Notes: generated from the sequence alone by a model not told the origin. DNA of 64,000 nt from Candidatus Nanopelagicales bacterium (GCA_030827125.1 JAURFD010000001.1:226750-290749), one strand, 5' to 3'; numbered from the stretch's first letter, positions 29,282 through 41,544 are shown. Made by a program: numbers and translations.

Positions 29282-30615
29282 AAGCCGGCGGCCACGATGT
29301 CCAGACCCTCGCGCAGCAGATCGTCGGTGATGCTGAGCGGTGGGAGGAACCGCAGCACGTTGCCGTAGGTGCCGGCCGTCAAGGTGATGACACCCTGGGC
29401 GTGTGCCGCCTTCGCGACCCGCCCGGTGAGGTCGGCATCCGGGGTGACGGTGCCGGGTTGAACCAGCTCGACGGCCATCATCGCGCCGCGGCCACGGATG
29501 TCGCCAACCGCCGGATTGGCGGCAGCGAGTGCTTCGAGCTTCTCGCGCAGGATGGCTCCCACCTGCAGGGCGCGGGCATTGAGGTCGTCATCCTCCATCG
29601 CCTCGATCGCCCCGAGGGCCGCTGCGCAGGCGATCGGATTGCCGCCGTAGGTGCCGCCGAGGCCACCGACGTGCACGGCGTCCATGATTTCCGCGCGGCC
29701 CGTGACGGCCGCGAGTGGCAATCCACCGGCGATGCCCTTGGCCGTGGTGATGAGGTCTGGGACGATTCCTTCGTGTTCGCTGGCGAACCAGTGGCCGGTG
29801 CGGCAGAAGCCGGTCTGGATCTCATCGGAGACGAAGACGATGCCGTGTTGGGTTGCGTAGTCGCGCAGGGCGGGCAGGAAGCCCGGCGCGGGGACGATGA
29901 ATCCACCCTCGCCCTGAATCGGCTCGATGACGATGGCGGCAATGTTCTCGCCGCCGATCTCCTTGTCCATCTTGGTCGTCGCCCACGACGCAACCTCGGC
30001 TCCGGTGTGTGGTCCATCGCGGAAGGGATACGACATCGGCATGCGGTAGACCTCGGGGGCGAAGGGCCCGAAGGACTGCTTGTACGGCATGTTCTTGGCG
30101 GTCAACGCCATGGTGAGGTTGGTGCGGCCGTGGTAGCCGTGGTCGAACACCACGATCGCCTGACGCTTGGTGTGTGCCCGCGCGATCTTGACGGCGTTCT
30201 CCACGGCCTCGGCACCGGAGTTGAACAGCGCGGAGCGCTTGTCGAAGTCACCGGGTGTCAATCGATTGAGCGCCTCACACACCTCGACGTAACCGGCGTA
30301 CGGCGTCACCATGAAACAGGTGTGGGTGAAGTCGGCGACCTGACGCTGCACGCGCTCGACCACGCGTGGGTGGGAGTTGCCCACCGTCGTGACCGCGATA
30401 CCTGAGCCGAGGTCGATGAGCGAATTGCCGTCCACATCGAGGAGAACGCCGCCTGAAGCGCGCTCAGTGAAGACGGGCATCATCCCGCCGACGCCCGCCG
30501 AAACGGCCGACTGGCGGCGGGCCATAAGCTCGCGAGACCGCGGGCCGGGAATCTCGGTTACGAGGCGTCGCTCCTGGGGGAGCGGCTCGGCGGAGGGCAG
30601 CAGGGTGTCGGTCAT
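29278..30615 (-). CDS. gabT: 4-aminobutyrate--2-oxoglutarate transaminase
   Basis: Class III aminotransferase, 445 aa, with the PLP-lysine context DLITTAKGIAGG and a GabT-type N-terminus. The stop shares CTAG with the convergent gene. Confidence 0.8.
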   Translation of the reverse strand: MTDTLLPSAEPLPQERRLVTEIPGPRSRELMARRQSAVSAGVGGMMPVFTERASGGVLLDVDGNSLIDLGSGIAVTTVGNSHPRVVERVQRQVADFTHTCFMVTPYAGYVEVCEALNRLTPGDFDKRSALFNSGAEAVENAVKIARAHTKRQAIVVFDHGYHGRTNLTMALTAKNMPYKQSFGPFAPEVYRMPMSYPFRDGPHTGAEVASWATTKMDKEIGGENIAAIVIEPIQGEGGFIVPAPGFLPALRDYATQHGIVFVSDEIQTGFCRTGHWFASEHEGIVPDLITTAKGIAGGLPLAAVTGRAEIMDAVHVGGLGGTYGGNPIACAAALGAIEAMEDDDLNARALQVGAILREKLEALAAANPAVGDIRGRGAMMAVELVQPGTVTPDADLTGRVAKAAHAQGVITLTAGTYGNVLRFLPPLSITDDLLREGLDIVAAGF

Positions 30616-30641
30616 AGGGCTGAGCGTAGGACAATCTCCAC

Positions 30642-31799
30642 GTGAGTGAGAGCCGAGATGTCATCATCCTAGGCAGTACCGGCTCGATCGGGGTCCAGGC
30701 TTTGGACGTCATCGCCCGCAATCCGGACCGATTCCGGGTCGTGGGGCTCGCGGCCGGAGGGTCTGCGCCGGAGGCCCTCGCCGAGCAGGCACACCGGTTC
30801 GGGGTCGACGCCGTGGCCGTCGGCGCCGACGAGGCAGCCGACCTGGCCACCCAACCCTGCGACGTCGTCCTCAATGGCATGGCCGGGGCTGCGGGCCTCG
30901 TTCCCACACTTCGCGCGCTGGAGGCTGGTCGAATTCTTGCGCTGGCCAACAAGGAATCCCTCATCATTGGCGGCCCCCTCGTCCGTCAACGGGCCGAACC
31001 GGGGCAGATCCGACCGGTGGACTCCGAGCACTCCGCACTCGCGCAATGCCTGATGGGAGGCACGGCGGCTGAGGTACGGCGCCTCATCTTGACCGCGAGC
31101 GGCGGGCCTTTCCGTGGACGTACGCGCGATCAACTCGCCGACGTCACCCCCGAGCAGGCCCTGGCCCATCCGACCTGGTCGATGGGACCGCTGGTGACGA
31201 TCAACTCCGCGACGCTGGTCAACAAGGGCCTAGAGGTCATCGAGGCCCATCTGCTCTTCGACCTTCCGATGGAGCGCATCGATGTGGTGGTCCACCCGCA
31301 GTCGATCGTCCACTCCATGGTCGAGTTCACCGACGGATCCACCCTTGCGCAGGCGAGTCCGCCGGACATGCGCCTGCCGATCGCCTGGGCGCTGGGGTGG
31401 CCGGAGCGGGTGCCGGACGCCGCCCCGGGGTGCGACTGGACGGAGGCGGCCACCTGGGAGTTCCACCCGGTCGACGATGAGGCGTTCCCCGCGATCACCC
31501 TGGCGCGCCGAGCCGGGACCGTGGGCGGAACTGCGCCAGCGGTCTTCAACGCGGCGGACGAGGCCTGCGTGGCGGCGTTCCTCGAGGGTCGCCTGCCGTT
31601 CACCGGCATCGTCGATGTGGTGGCCGAGGTCCTCGGGGAGCATCTCGCGGGAGGTGAGTTCGCCATGACCGGCCGGTTCGAGCGCGCATCCGACGCTTCG
31701 TCGGGCGATCATGGGGGGAACCCGCTCACCGTGGCGGACGTCTTGCAGGCAGATGCTTGGGCGCGGTCCCGGGCCGCAGAACTGGTCGAGGAGGTGTGA
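30642..31799 (+). CDS. dxr: 1-deoxy-D-xylulose-5-phosphate reductoisomerase
   Basis: [21 protein letters not shown]-binding motif, [17 protein letters not shown]. Confidence 0.9.
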   Translation: MSESRDVIILGSTGSIGVQALDVIARNPDRFRVVGLAAGGSAPEALAEQAHRFGVDAVAVGADEAADLATQPCDVVLNGMAGAAGLVPTLRALEAGRILALANKESLIIGGPLVRQRAEPGQIRPVDSEHSALAQCLMGGTAAEVRRLILTASGGPFRGRTRDQLADVTPEQALAHPTWSMGPLVTINSATLVNKGLEVIEAHLLFDLPMERIDVVVHPQSIVHSMVEFTDGSTLAQASPPDMRLPIAWALGWPERVPDAAPGCDWTEAATWEFHPVDDEAFPAITLARRAGTVGGTAPAVFNAADEACVAAFLEGRLPFTGIVDVVAEVLGEHLAGGEFAMTGRFERASDASSGDHGGNPLTVADVLQADAWARSRAAELVEEV

Positions 31800-33121
31800 T
31801 GGCCTGGCAACTCGTGGGCATCATCGCCTTCGTCCTCATCATCCTCGCCTCGATCGGCCTCCATGAGATCGGTCATCTGGTCCCAGCCAAGAAGTTCGGC
31901 GTCAAGGTGACCGAATACATGATCGGATTCGGTCCGACGATCTGGTCCCGCCGTCGTGGCGAGACCACCTACGGGCTCAAGGCGATTCCGGTCGGCGGAT
32001 ACATCCGCATGATCGGCATGATCCCCCCGGCCAAGGATGACCCGGAGGGACGCGTCCGTAGCCTCTCGACAGGTCGACTCGCGCTGCTTGTCGAGGACGC
32101 CCGCAAGGCGTCGCTCGACGAGATCACCCCCGAGGATGCTGATCGCGTCTTCTACAAGTTGCCAGTGTGGAAGCGCGTCATCATCATGCTCGGCGGCCCG
32201 CTCATGAACCTCGTGCTGGCCTTCGTGCTGTTCGCCGCCGTCCTTGTCGGAATCGGCATCCCTCAATCCAGCCTGCAGGTCTCGTCCGTGGTGCCGTGCC
32301 TTCCCACGGTCGCCGTACCGTCGGGTGAGCCGGATGCCGCAGGCCTGTGTGCCGCGGGGGAGTCCCCGGCAGCCGTGGCCGGCCTCCAGCCCGGCGATCT
32401 CATCCTCGACTACAACGGGTCCGCTGTTGGGTCCTGGGACGACCTGACCGCCGCGATCCGAGCGACGCCTCCGAGCACCGCCGATCTCACTGTCCAGCGC
32501 CCCGATGGAACCGTCGTCGATCTCGCCGTGCCGATCGCCGAGGTCACCCGACCGGTCCTCGACGAGGCTGGGCAGCCCACGGACGAGTCCGAGACCACCG
32601 GGTTCCTCGGCGTGCGACCTGAGTGGGAGTACGTCCCGCAGCCCTGGTCCGCCGTTCCCGAGCAGATGTGGGATCTCACGAGTCGGTCCGTGGCGGCGCT
32701 CGTCACCCTTCCGCTACGCGTCTACGAGCTGCTCACCGAGACGATCATCGGCGGTGGTCAGCGCAGTCTGGATAGTCCGGTCAGTGTTGTGGGAGTGAGT
32801 CGTCTCGGCGGTGAGGTAGCCGCGTCCCAAGAGCCGGTCGAGGGCAAGATTGCGATGTTCCTCGGCCTGGCGGCCTCCCTCAACCTCTTCCTTTTCCTGT
32901 TCAACCTGTTGCCCATTCTGCCTCTGGACGGGGGACATGTGGCGGGTGCGCTCTATGAGGGTGCCCGACGGCAGATCGCTCGGCTGCGCCGCAAACCCGA
33001 CCCGGGCCCGGTCGATGTGGCCAAACTCATGCCGGTGGCCTACGTGGTCGCCATGGCCCTGGTCGTCGTCGGCGCCGTCGTGATCCTCGCCGACATCGTC
33101 AAGCCCATAACCCTGGGCTGA
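31799..33121 (+). CDS. rip1: M50-family site-2 (RIP) zinc metalloprotease with PDZ domain
   Basis: HEIGH zinc motif in the first TM segment and [12 protein letters not shown] near the C-terminus. The ATG overlaps the dxr stop. Confidence 0.85.
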   Translation: MAWQLVGIIAFVLIILASIGLHEIGHLVPAKKFGVKVTEYMIGFGPTIWSRRRGETTYGLKAIPVGGYIRMIGMIPPAKDDPEGRVRSLSTGRLALLVEDARKASLDEITPEDADRVFYKLPVWKRVIIMLGGPLMNLVLAFVLFAAVLVGIGIPQSSLQVSSVVPCLPTVAVPSGEPDAAGLCAAGESPAAVAGLQPGDLILDYNGSAVGSWDDLTAAIRATPPSTADLTVQRPDGTVVDLAVPIAEVTRPVLDEAGQPTDESETTGFLGVRPEWEYVPQPWSAVPEQMWDLTSRSVAALVTLPLRVYELLTETIIGGGQRSLDSPVSVVGVSRLGGEVAASQEPVEGKIAMFLGLAASLNLFLFLFNLLPILPLDGGHVAGALYEGARRQIARLRRKPDPGPVDVAKLMPVAYVVAMALVVVGAVVILADIVKPITLG

Positions 33122-33165
33122 CGGGTCGACAGGTGCGCCGGCGTGAAGTCGGGGATACTGGCGGG

Positions 33166-34329
33166 GTGAGTATCGATCTCGGCATCCCGGCCAGCCCTCC
33201 GCCCGTGCTCGCGCCGCGACGTCACACGCGTCAGTTGCTGCTGCGTCACGACACGCACCCCGTCTACGTCGGCGGGGATGCCCCGGTGAGCGTGCAATCC
33301 ATGGCGACCACCCTGACGGCCGATATCAACGCCACGCTCCAGCAGATCGCCGAACTCACGGCCGCCGGCTGTCAGGTCGTGCGCGTTGCCGTCCCCAGCC
33401 AGGACGATGCGGACGCGCTACCCATCATCGCCAAGAAGTCCGGCATCCCGGTCATCGCCGACATCCACTTCCAACCCAAGTACGTCTTTGCCGCCATCGA
33501 CGCTGGGTGCGCCGGAGTGCGCGTCAATCCGGGCAACATCAAGAAGTTCGACGACAAGATCAAGGAGATCGCCAAAGCGGCCGGCGATGCGGGAACGCCA
33601 ATCCGTATCGGCGTCAATGCCGGGTCACTGGACAAGCGACTGTTGGAGAAGTACGGCAAGGCAACCCCGGAGGCGCTGGTCGAGTCTGCGCTCTGGGAGG
33701 CCTCGCTGTTCGAAGAGCACGGCTTCGGTGACATCAAGATCTCGGTCAAGCACCACGATCCGGTCACGATGGTGCAGGCCTACCGCTTGCTCGCTGAGTC
33801 GTGTGACTACCCCTTGCATCTCGGTGTGACTGAGGCCGGGCCGGCCTTCCAGGGCACCATCAAGTCCGCGGTCGCCTTCGGTGCCCTCCTCTCGCAAGGC
33901 ATTGGCGACACGATCCGCGTTTCGCTGTCTGCACCGCCCATCGAGGAGGTCAAGGTCGGCATCGGGATTCTTGAGTCGTTGAACCTGCGCCAGCGCGGTC
34001 TTGAGATCGTCTCGTGCCCCTCGTGTGGCCGGGCCCAGGTCGACGTCTACACCCTGGCCAACGAGGTCACCGCCGGTCTCGAAGGTCTGGAGGTGCCGTT
34101 GCGCGTGGCCGTCATGGGCTGCGTCGTCAACGGCCCGGGCGAGGCTCGTGAGGCTGATCTCGGCGTGGCCTCGGGCAACGGCAAGGGCCAGATATTCGTG
34201 CGGGGCGAGGTCATCAAGACCGTTCCCGAGCATCAAATCGTGGAGACCTTGATCGAGGAGGCCATGCGCCTCGCCGAGGAGATGTCCGACGATGACCGCT
34301 CCGGTGGTCCCGTCGTCAGCGTCGGCTGA
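33166..34329 (+). CDS. ispG: 4-hydroxy-3-methylbut-2-en-1-yl diphosphate synthase
   Basis: IspG/GcpE-type sequence ([36 protein letters not shown]). The start is GTG 33166 or the earlier in-frame codon at 33133. Confidence 0.9.
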   Translation: MSIDLGIPASPPPVLAPRRHTRQLLLRHDTHPVYVGGDAPVSVQSMATTLTADINATLQQIAELTAAGCQVVRVAVPSQDDADALPIIAKKSGIPVIADIHFQPKYVFAAIDAGCAGVRVNPGNIKKFDDKIKEIAKAAGDAGTPIRIGVNAGSLDKRLLEKYGKATPEALVESALWEASLFEEHGFGDIKISVKHHDPVTMVQAYRLLAESCDYPLHLGVTEAGPAFQGTIKSAVAFGALLSQGIGDTIRVSLSAPPIEEVKVGIGILESLNLRQRGLEIVSCPSCGRAQVDVYTLANEVTAGLEGLEVPLRVAVMGCVVNGPGEAREADLGVASGNGKGQIFVRGEVIKTVPEHQIVETLIEEAMRLAEEMSDDDRSGGPVVSVG

Positions 34330-35152
34330 GGGAGAGACTCGGCCGCTCACGTCAGCGGACGCCCCTGCCCTGCGTCGACTACTCGACGCGGACCCGGTGA
34401 CCCACTGCTTCGTGGCGAGTCGACTCGAGTCCCTCGGTGGCCGTATCGGTGCCGATGTGTGGGGCTACTTCGTCGGCGGCGAACTCGTCTCGGCGCTGCA
34501 TGTCGGGGCCAACATCGTGCCGGTCGCGACGGACGCCGAGGCGCGAGTGGCTCTCGCCGATCGACTGCTGCGTACAGGTCGTCGCGGATCGTCGTTCGTC
34601 GGTCCAGCGGAGGAGGTGCTCGACCTGTGGAGCCGGGTGGAGCATCGCTGGGGTCGTCCGCGGGAAATTCGCGCTGCCCAGCCGTTGCTCATGATGGACC
34701 GCGATAGCGATATCCCGCCCGATGGCGGGGTGAGACCGGCTCGGCCGCATGAACTCGATGTTCTCGTGCCGGCGTGTGTCGCGATGTTCACCGAGGAGGT
34801 GGGCATCTCGCCCGTGTCCGGAGGCGCCGCAGCGGCGTACCGCGCTCGCATCGCCGAACTCGTCCATGGTCAGCGCGCCCTCGTCCGCATCGAGGACGGG
34901 GCCGTGGTGTTCAAGGCCGAGATCGGGGCGCTCACGACTGCCGTGTGCCAGGTACAGGGTGTCTGGGTGGCCCCCGGTCGACGCGGCGAGGGGATCTCGG
35001 TCCCCGGCATGTCCGCCGTCGTCCACCTCGCTCGACGTTCCGTCGCTCCGGTGGTCAGCCTCTACGTGAACGACTACAACCGCGCTGCGCGGGCGTGCTA
35101 CGCCGCCGTGGGGTTCCGGCAGGTCGGGGAGTTCGCGACCGTCCTGCTGTAG
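34292..35152 (+). CDS. GNAT-family N-acetyltransferase (the conserved actinobacterial gene downstream of ispG)
   Basis: 286 aa. The C-terminal acetyltransferase-like segment ([15 protein letters not shown]) resembles the acetyl-CoA-binding Q/RxxGxG/A motif. The start is uncertain and overlaps the ispG end. Confidence 0.6.
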   Translation: MTAPVVPSSASAEGETRPLTSADAPALRRLLDADPVTHCFVASRLESLGGRIGADVWGYFVGGELVSALHVGANIVPVATDAEARVALADRLLRTGRRGSSFVGPAEEVLDLWSRVEHRWGRPREIRAAQPLLMMDRDSDIPPDGGVRPARPHELDVLVPACVAMFTEEVGISPVSGGAAAAYRARIAELVHGQRALVRIEDGAVVFKAEIGALTTAVCQVQGVWVAPGRRGEGISVPGMSAVVHLARRSVAPVVSLYVNDYNRAARACYAAVGFRQVGEFATVLL

Positions 35153-35195
35153 CGAGGCGGGTATCCTCGCCAGGGCCGTCGATGAGGAGAACCCC

Positions 35196-36959
35196 GTGCT
35201 GCTGCGCATGTCCACCCTGTTCGTCCGCACCCTGCGGGACGATCCCGCCGACGCCGAGGTGCCCAGTCACCGCCTGCTAGTCCGCGCCGGATACGTCCGC
35301 CGAGTGGCGCCCGGCATCTTCTCCTGGCTGCCCTTGGGCTACCTCGTCTACCGCAACATTGAGCGGATAGTGCGCGAGGAAATGGACGCTGCAGGCTTCC
35401 AGGAGGTGCACTTCCCTGCGCTGCTCCCGCGTGAGCCCTACGACCGCAGCAACCGATGGGAGGAGTACGGCGACAACCTCTTCCGGCTCAAGGACCGCAA
35501 GGACGGTGACTACCTGCTCGGCCCGACCCACGAGGAGATGTTCACCCTCATGGTGAAGGGCGAGTACTCGTCGTACAAGGACCTGCCGCTGGTGATCTAC
35601 CAGATCCAGACGAAGTACCGGGACGAGGCACGCCCGCGGGCCGGAATCCTGCGCGGCCGCGAGTTCGTCATGAAGGATTCCTATTCCTTCGACGTCGACG
35701 ATACCGGCCTGGAGCGCTCCTACCTGCGGCACCGAGATGCCTACATCACCTGCTTTGATCGACTGGGCTTGGACTACGTCATCGTGTCCGCGCAGTCTGG
35801 GGCGATGGGCGGCTCCCAAAGTGAGGAGTTCCTCGCACCCACCGAGTACGGCGAGGACACCTACGTGCGTTGCACCGCCTGCGACTACGCGGCCAATGTC
35901 GAGGCCGTGGTGAGTCCACCCATGCCGGCGCAGGACGCTTCCTCTCTGCCCCCTGCCGTGGTGCACGACACCCCGGACACGCCAACGATCGCCACCTTGG
36001 TGGATGTGTCCAACGAGCGCGAGGACATCCGTCGCGCCGACCGCGCGTGGACGGCGGCGGACACGCTCAAGAACGTCGTCTTCATGGCGACCTATCCGGA
36101 CGGCACATCGGAGCCGCTAGCGGTGGGCGTCCCGGGAGATCGCGAGGTCGACGTCAAGCGCATCGAGGCCGCGCTGCACCCCGCCGTGTTGCGTCCCTTT
36201 GAGGAAGGGGACTTCCCGAAGTACCCCGCGCTGGTCAAGGGCTACATCGGACCCGGCGCTCTGGGCGGCGAGGGCAATATCCGCTACCTCGTCGATCCCC
36301 GCGTTGCCGAAGGCACCGCGTGGATCACCGGAGCCAACGAAAAGGGTCGCCATGTCTACGGACTGGTCCGCGGGCGCGACTTCGACGTGGACGGGCAGAT
36401 CGAGGCGGTCGAGATCATCGCCGGAGATCCGTGCCCGCGGTGCGGCGCCACGGTGGAAATCGCACGAGGGATCGAGATTGGTCACATCTTCCAACTTGGC
36501 CGCAAGTACGCCGAGGCTCTCGGGCTCACGGTGCTGGATGAGAACGGCAAGCAGGTCACGGTGACGATGGGCTCATACGGGCTCGGAGTGTCCCGCGCCG
36601 TCGCGGCGATCGCTGAGCAGCATTGTGACGACAAAGGCCTGGTGTGGCCGCGTGAGGTAGCCCCGGCGGATGTCCACATCGTGGCGACCGGCAAGGAAGA
36701 TGCACCCTTCGAGACCGCCGAGGAACTCGCCCGATCATTGAACGAGGCGGGTGTGCGGGTCCTCATCGACGATCGACGAGGCGCCTCACCCGGTGTGAAA
36801 TTCAAGGACGCGGAACTGATCGGCATCCCCACCATCGTCGTCGTCGGAAAGCGCCTTGCTGATGGGGTGGTCGAACTACGCGATCGTGTGACCGGTGAGT
36901 CGGCGGATGTGCCTGTGAGTGAGATCGCCGGACGCCTCATCGACCTTTGCCGGGCATGA
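35196..36959 (+). CDS. proS: Proline--tRNA ligase (bacterial type with editing insertion)
   Basis: 587 aa with the typical N-terminus [19 protein letters not shown], class II motifs ([25 protein letters not shown]) and the C-terminal anticodon-binding domain. Confidence 0.9.
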   Translation: MLLRMSTLFVRTLRDDPADAEVPSHRLLVRAGYVRRVAPGIFSWLPLGYLVYRNIERIVREEMDAAGFQEVHFPALLPREPYDRSNRWEEYGDNLFRLKDRKDGDYLLGPTHEEMFTLMVKGEYSSYKDLPLVIYQIQTKYRDEARPRAGILRGREFVMKDSYSFDVDDTGLERSYLRHRDAYITCFDRLGLDYVIVSAQSGAMGGSQSEEFLAPTEYGEDTYVRCTACDYAANVEAVVSPPMPAQDASSLPPAVVHDTPDTPTIATLVDVSNEREDIRRADRAWTAADTLKNVVFMATYPDGTSEPLAVGVPGDREVDVKRIEAALHPAVLRPFEEGDFPKYPALVKGYIGPGALGGEGNIRYLVDPRVAEGTAWITGANEKGRHVYGLVRGRDFDVDGQIEAVEIIAGDPCPRCGATVEIARGIEIGHIFQLGRKYAEALGLTVLDENGKQVTVTMGSYGLGVSRAVAAIAEQHCDDKGLVWPREVAPADVHIVATGKEDAPFETAEELARSLNEAGVRVLIDDRRGASPGVKFKDAELIGIPTIVVVGKRLADGVVELRDRVTGESADVPVSEIAGRLIDLCRA

Positions 36960-37672
36960 CCGTCGAGGCGGTCATCTTTGACTGGGGTGGAACCCTGACG
37001 CCCTGGCACGACATCGACCTCGTGCAGCAATGGTCGGCCTACGCACGCGTCTATGCGCCGGATGATGCCCACTTGGCACAGCGTCTCACCGAGGCCGAAC
37101 TCATTCTGTGGCGTCGCCAGCAGTCCTCGCGCGGCGCCGACGGCACCGGCAGCCTGGATCACATCTTCGAGTCAGTCGGCGTCGACATCACCTCAACGAT
37201 CCACGGGGAAGCGTTGGCCGCCTATCTCGAGGGATGGGAGCCGCACACCCTGGCCGATGATCAGGCCCGCCCCACGATGGAGGCACTGCGTGAACGCGGC
37301 ATCCGCATCGGCATTCTTTCCAACACCATGTGGCCGCGATGGCATCACGAGGCGGTGTTCTCACGGGACGGACTCGCGCACCTCATCGACGGCGCTGTCT
37401 ACTCCAGCGAGATCCCGCATGCAAAACCGCATGCCGAAGCCTTTCGTGCCGCGCTCGACGCCGTGTCGGCGACGGCTGACATCGCGGTCTTCGTCGGCGA
37501 CCGGCCCTGGGACGATGTGCATGGCGCCCAGGAGGTCGGTATGCGCGCAGTGCTGCTGCCACATTCGAATCTCGGTGATCAGGCCGTCGACATCGACGTG
37601 GAACCGGACGCGGTGATCAGCGAACTTCTCGAACTCGTCGCTGTTGTCGATCGCTGGCGTTCGGCAGTATGA
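36956..37672 (+). CDS. HAD-superfamily hydrolase
   Basis: Motif [10 protein letters not shown] and VGDRPWDDV (motif IV-like). The ATG overlaps the proS stop (ATGA). Confidence 0.7.
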   Translation: MTVEAVIFDWGGTLTPWHDIDLVQQWSAYARVYAPDDAHLAQRLTEAELILWRRQQSSRGADGTGSLDHIFESVGVDITSTIHGEALAAYLEGWEPHTLADDQARPTMEALRERGIRIGILSNTMWPRWHHEAVFSRDGLAHLIDGAVYSSEIPHAKPHAEAFRAALDAVSATADIAVFVGDRPWDDVHGAQEVGMRAVLLPHSNLGDQAVDIDVEPDAVISELLELVAVVDRWRSAV

Positions 37673-38439
37673 CTCCCGACTGGTACGTCATCGCGCTGCT
37701 TTGCCTCGTGGCGGCGGCTGCGGGATGGGTCGATGCGGTGAGCGGCGGGGGAGGGCTGCTCCAACTCCCGGCGCTCCTCATCGTGACGCCGGCCGATCAA
37801 CCTGCTGCGGCGCTCGGCACCAACAAGCTCTCGTCGATTTTTGGCACGTCGGCGGCGGCCATCACCTACGGGCGCATCGAAATGCCGCGGCTGCGCACGG
37901 CGCTACCCATGGCCGCAGCGGCATTCGTGGGCGCGGCGTTCGGCTCCCTCACGGCCATTCACCTACCACCGACGATCTTTCGACCCATCATTCTCGTAGC
38001 GCTCATCGTCGTGTGGCTGTTCATCGCCTTCCGGCGCTCCTTTGGGCTTGAGGCGCGCGAGGTATCCCGAGGCCGCCATCTGCTGACCGCGATCGTCGGA
38101 GGACTGGCGATTGGCTTCTATGACGGGGCGATCGGTCCCGGGACCGGTTCCTTCCTCATCATCTTGCTGGTGGCTGCGGTGGGCTACACCTTCCTGCAGG
38201 CTTCGGCGACGGCGAAGATCGTCAACGTGGGCACGAACGCGGCATCCCTGATTGTCTTCGGGATCAGCGGGTCCGTCCTGTGGTTCGTGGGCCTGCTCAT
38301 GGCCGCGTGCAATGTCGCCGGGGCGATTGTCGGTGCGCGCACGGCGATCGCGCGAGGGAGTGAGTTCGTGCGCACGGTGCTGCTGGTCGTCACGGCGGTG
38401 CTCATCGCCGTGTTGGCGGTCCAGATCATTCGCGGCTAG
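37669..38439 (+). CDS. TauE/SafE-family anion-exporter-like membrane protein
   Basis: 256 aa with about 8 hydrophobic helices and the internal-repeat architecture typical of TauE/SafE. ATGA overlap with the HAD gene. Confidence 0.65.
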   Translation: MTPDWYVIALLCLVAAAAGWVDAVSGGGGLLQLPALLIVTPADQPAAALGTNKLSSIFGTSAAAITYGRIEMPRLRTALPMAAAAFVGAAFGSLTAIHLPPTIFRPIILVALIVVWLFIAFRRSFGLEAREVSRGRHLLTAIVGGLAIGFYDGAIGPGTGSFLIILLVAAVGYTFLQASATAKIVNVGTNAASLIVFGISGSVLWFVGLLMAACNVAGAIVGARTAIARGSEFVRTVLLVVTAVLIAVLAVQIIRG

Positions 38440-38483
38440 TCGCGTCTCCGCCGAAAGCCTCGGGGGGGCGGCAGGGAAGAGGA

Positions 38484-38873
38484 CTAGCGGCCGGGGAAGG
38501 CTTCCGGTGGACCGCCCCACCCGATAGCTCGGGCCGAACACTCGCAGGCCGTGAGGACTCCTTCGGTCCGATCCGCGCCCGAACTCGCACCGGCAAGGTC
38601 GGCGTACGTCGCAGCCAGACGGGCCTCGGCCCCCGCGAGCAGGGCACGGGCCTGCTCGGGGGTCTCCACCGGCCCGGTGAGGTAGCCCCCGGCGGCACCG
38701 GGTTCGGTGACGTCGTCGGCGCGCTCGCGCAGGATCAGGATGCGCGCCCGATGGGCGGCCAGACCGCCGAGAGCCATGTCGCGGTCAGCGTCAGCGAGGT
38801 GCGGGCCGGCGACGCCGTATGCGTAGAGCGCCGCCTGTTCGCCGATGATGGCGGCGGTGAGGGCGTCGTTCAT
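38484..38873 (-). CDS. Ferritin-like (DUF4439-like) protein, no signal peptide
   Basis: 129 aa, Ala-rich helical. EQAALYAYGVAGPHL and ARLAATYADLAG resemble the ferritin-like family found upstream of rimP in actinobacteria. Confidence 0.5.
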   Translation of the reverse strand: MNDALTAAIIGEQAALYAYGVAGPHLADADRDMALGGLAAHRARILILRERADDVTEPGAAGGYLTGPVETPEQARALLAGAEARLAATYADLAGASSGADRTEGVLTACECSARAIGWGGPPEAFPGR

Positions 38874-39370
38874 GGCCCGCTCCGACGCAGGTACTCGACA
38901 TGGCCGGCCTCGGAGGCGGCGATGAGCGCGGTGAGGGCGGCAAAGTCGGAGCCGCGTGCGGCGTCGCAGGCTTCCGTCCGCTGAGTGACCGCCGCCCGTT
39001 CGGCGGCGAGCAGGTCGGAGAGCACCTGCTCGCGCGAAGCGCCAGCGGCGAGGCTGGACGACTGTCCCGTGGGCGCCTGGGTCGATCCGACAGCACTCGC
39101 GTGCTCACGATGTTGATCGCGCAGCGGGGCAAGGAGCGGTGCGAGATCGGGCTGCGCCTGCAGGGCCCGATCGTAGGCGGCCACGAGCGCCCATTCCTGC
39201 TCGGCGACCTGCTGCGCGAGGGCCGCATCGGGATCGCTGGTGGTCGATGAGCCGCTGGCGGAGCCTGATGTCGAGTCACCGTCACCCGAACCCGTGCAAG
39301 CGCTCAGGCCGAGGAGGGCGCCGAGGCCCATGACCTCGCGTCGGGTGACCTTCCGCACGTCGGTCAGCAT
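38870..39370 (-). CDS. Tat-signal lipoprotein with ferritin-like (DUF4439-like) domain
   Basis: Twin-arginine motif plus lipobox (VTRREVMGLGALLGLSAC) and a helical Ala-rich body (EQEWALVAAYDRAL, AAERAAV). The start is ATG 39370 or upstream, up to 39433. The stop overlaps the next gene start (ATGA). Confidence 0.5.
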   Translation of the reverse strand: MLTDVRKVTRREVMGLGALLGLSACTGSGDGDSTSGSASGSSTTSDPDAALAQQVAEQEWALVAAYDRALQAQPDLAPLLAPLRDQHREHASAVGSTQAPTGQSSSLAAGASREQVLSDLLAAERAAVTQRTEACDAARGSDFAALTALIAASEAGHVEYLRRSGP

Positions 39371-39555
39371 GCCATGGCGGGCCCGTCTCCTCGTCAAGCG
39401 ACGCCGTGGGCCCGTGAATCGGGCCGGAATCACGCCACGAGGGACCCCCGGCAGGATCGGGGCAGGTACTCTTGGGATCCACGGTCGAGGCCTCGGCGGA
39501 ACGACTGTCTGGAATGCAGCGCACGGCGGCTACACACGTGAATAGAGGAGATGCC

Positions 39556-40023
39556 ATGGGTCAGCCTGATCTTCGCCCCCTCCTTGAGCCTGTCGTGACC
39601 GCGTCCGGGTGTGACCTTGAGGACCTTGTCGTCTCCCTCGCGGGCAAGCGCCGCCGTGTGGAGTTGGTCATCGACCGCGACGGTGGAGTGAACCTCGATC
39701 TCATCGCCGAAGTGAGCCGGGCCGCGTCGCAGGCGCTGGATGCCGGCGATGTCGGTGATGCGCCGTACATCTTGGAAGTGACCTCCCCGGGCATTGACCG
39801 ACCGCTCACCCAACCGCGCCATTGGCGTCGCAATGTGGGACGACTCGTCGATGTCGAACTTGCCGACGGAGCCACCATCACCGGGCGAATTCGCTCGGTG
39901 GAGGAGGGCGCTGACGGCTCGGTCACGGTGGAGGACGATGGCGATCAGCGTGACATCTCATTCGCGCAGATTGCGCGGGGACGAGTCCAGGTGGAGTTCA
40001 AGCGCCCCGAGGAGGAGAACTAG
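39556..40023 (+). CDS. rimP: Ribosome maturation factor RimP
   Basis: 155 aa, [12 protein letters not shown] motif, positioned immediately upstream of nusA. Confidence 0.85.
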   Translation: MGQPDLRPLLEPVVTASGCDLEDLVVSLAGKRRRVELVIDRDGGVNLDLIAEVSRAASQALDAGDVGDAPYILEVTSPGIDRPLTQPRHWRRNVGRLVDVELADGATITGRIRSVEEGADGSVTVEDDGDQRDISFAQIARGRVQVEFKRPEEEN

Positions 40024-40025
40024 CC

Positions 40026-41042
40026 GTGGATATCGACGTAAATGCCTTGAAGGCACTCGTCCGCGAAAAGGAACTGTCCTGGGAACTCGTGGTCGATTCC
40101 ATCGAGCAGGCCCTCCTCATGGCCTACCAGCGAACCGAGGGATCCGCCACGGAGGCCCGCGTGGAACTCGACCGCAAGACAGGTCACGTAACCGTGTGGG
40201 CTCGTGAACCTCGCGAGGAGGACCAGGACACGCCGCCCCGCGAGTACGACGACACCCCCACCGATTTCGGCCGCGTGGCGGCCACGACCGCTCGCCAGGT
40301 GCTCCTTCAGCGGCTTCGCGACGCCGAGGGTGATCGCACCTTCGGGGAGTTCAGCGGCACGGAGGGCGATCTTGTGTCCGGCGTTGTTCAACAGGCAAGT
40401 GATCCGCGCGTCGTGCGCGTCGATCTCGGCAAGGTTGAGGCGCTCCTGCCACCTGCAGAGCAGGTGCCGGGGGAGACCTACCCGCATGGGACACGCGTCA
40501 AGGCCGTAGTCACCTCGGTGCGCAAGGGTCCACGTGGCCCCCAGGTGACTGTCTCGCGCAGCCACCCGGCGCTGGTGAGAGGACTGTTTGCCCTGGAGGT
40601 CCCCGAGATCGCCGACGGCAGCGTGGAGATCGCCGCGATGGCTCGTGAGGCAGGGCATCGCACGAAGATCGCGGTGCGCTCCACCGTTCCCGGACTCAAC
40701 GCCAAGGGCGCGTGCATCGGACCCATGGGGCAGCGAGTGCGCCAGGTCATGAGTGAACTCGGCGGGGAGAAGATCGACATCGTCGATTTCAGCGATGATC
40801 CGGCCGAGCTCATCGCCTACGCACTGTCGCCGGCCCGAGTCTCCTCGGTCGAGATCGTGGATCCGGTCGCGAAGGCGGCCCGGGTCACCGTGCCCGACTA
40901 CCAACTGTCCCTCGCGATCGGCAAGGAAGGGCAAAACGCTCGCTTGGCCGCTCGAATGACCGGCTGGCGGATCGATATTCGCCCCGACACGCCGACCTCA
41001 GAGACGGGGCCCGCGCAGGACGCGGAGCCGGGGCAAGAGTGA
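40026..41042 (+). CDS. nusA: Transcription termination/antitermination factor NusA
   Basis: 338 aa with S1 and two KH-domain regions ([36 protein letters not shown]). GTG start. Confidence 0.9.
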   Translation: MDIDVNALKALVREKELSWELVVDSIEQALLMAYQRTEGSATEARVELDRKTGHVTVWAREPREEDQDTPPREYDDTPTDFGRVAATTARQVLLQRLRDAEGDRTFGEFSGTEGDLVSGVVQQASDPRVVRVDLGKVEALLPPAEQVPGETYPHGTRVKAVVTSVRKGPRGPQVTVSRSHPALVRGLFALEVPEIADGSVEIAAMAREAGHRTKIAVRSTVPGLNAKGACIGPMGQRVRQVMSELGGEKIDIVDFSDDPAELIAYALSPARVSSVEIVDPVAKAARVTVPDYQLSLAIGKEGQNARLAARMTGWRIDIRPDTPTSETGPAQDAEPGQE

Positions 41043-41100
41043 TCGGCCGGACCAGCGGCGCTACACTCAGGCGGTCCGAGGGTCCCGCCCGAGGCCGCCC

Positions 41101-41394
41101 ATGACTCGAGCTCGCGCGTCCAGCGTGCGCACCTGCGTGGGGTGCCGCGAACGGAATCACCCGGATGACCTCCTTCGGGTCGTGGTCGAGGACGGGATCG
41201 TTATCCCGGACCCGTCAGCTACCCGAGGCGGACGAGGTGCCTGGTTGCACCCCGGCTGTCTGGAGATCGCTGAACGCCGCAGGGCGTTGAGCCGCGCGCT
41301 GCGGATCTCGTCAGCACTCGATCTTCGGGTGTTACGCGAGTTTGTAGCCCGCAACGTCAGCACGGCGACCCCGTCGCCGTCGACGCAAGCATGA
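41101..41394 (+). CDS. ylxR: YlxR/DUF448-family RNA-binding protein
   Basis: RTCVGCRER ... GRGAWLHP motif, in the conserved position between nusA and infB. Confidence 0.85.
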   Translation: MTRARASSVRTCVGCRERNHPDDLLRVVVEDGIVIPDPSATRGGRGAWLHPGCLEIAERRRALSRALRISSALDLRVLREFVARNVSTATPSPSTQA

Positions 41395-41544
41395 CCGAGC
41401 CGTCAGAACGACGGTCCGCCGCACAGATGGGGTTAAGCAGGATGAGCCACCGATGAGCACCCAGCCATGAGCAGGGTCGTCCACCACTGACGGTTCGGTC
41501 GCGCGCATGACCAGCGCGCCGCCCGGACCAAAGACAGGAGAGTT

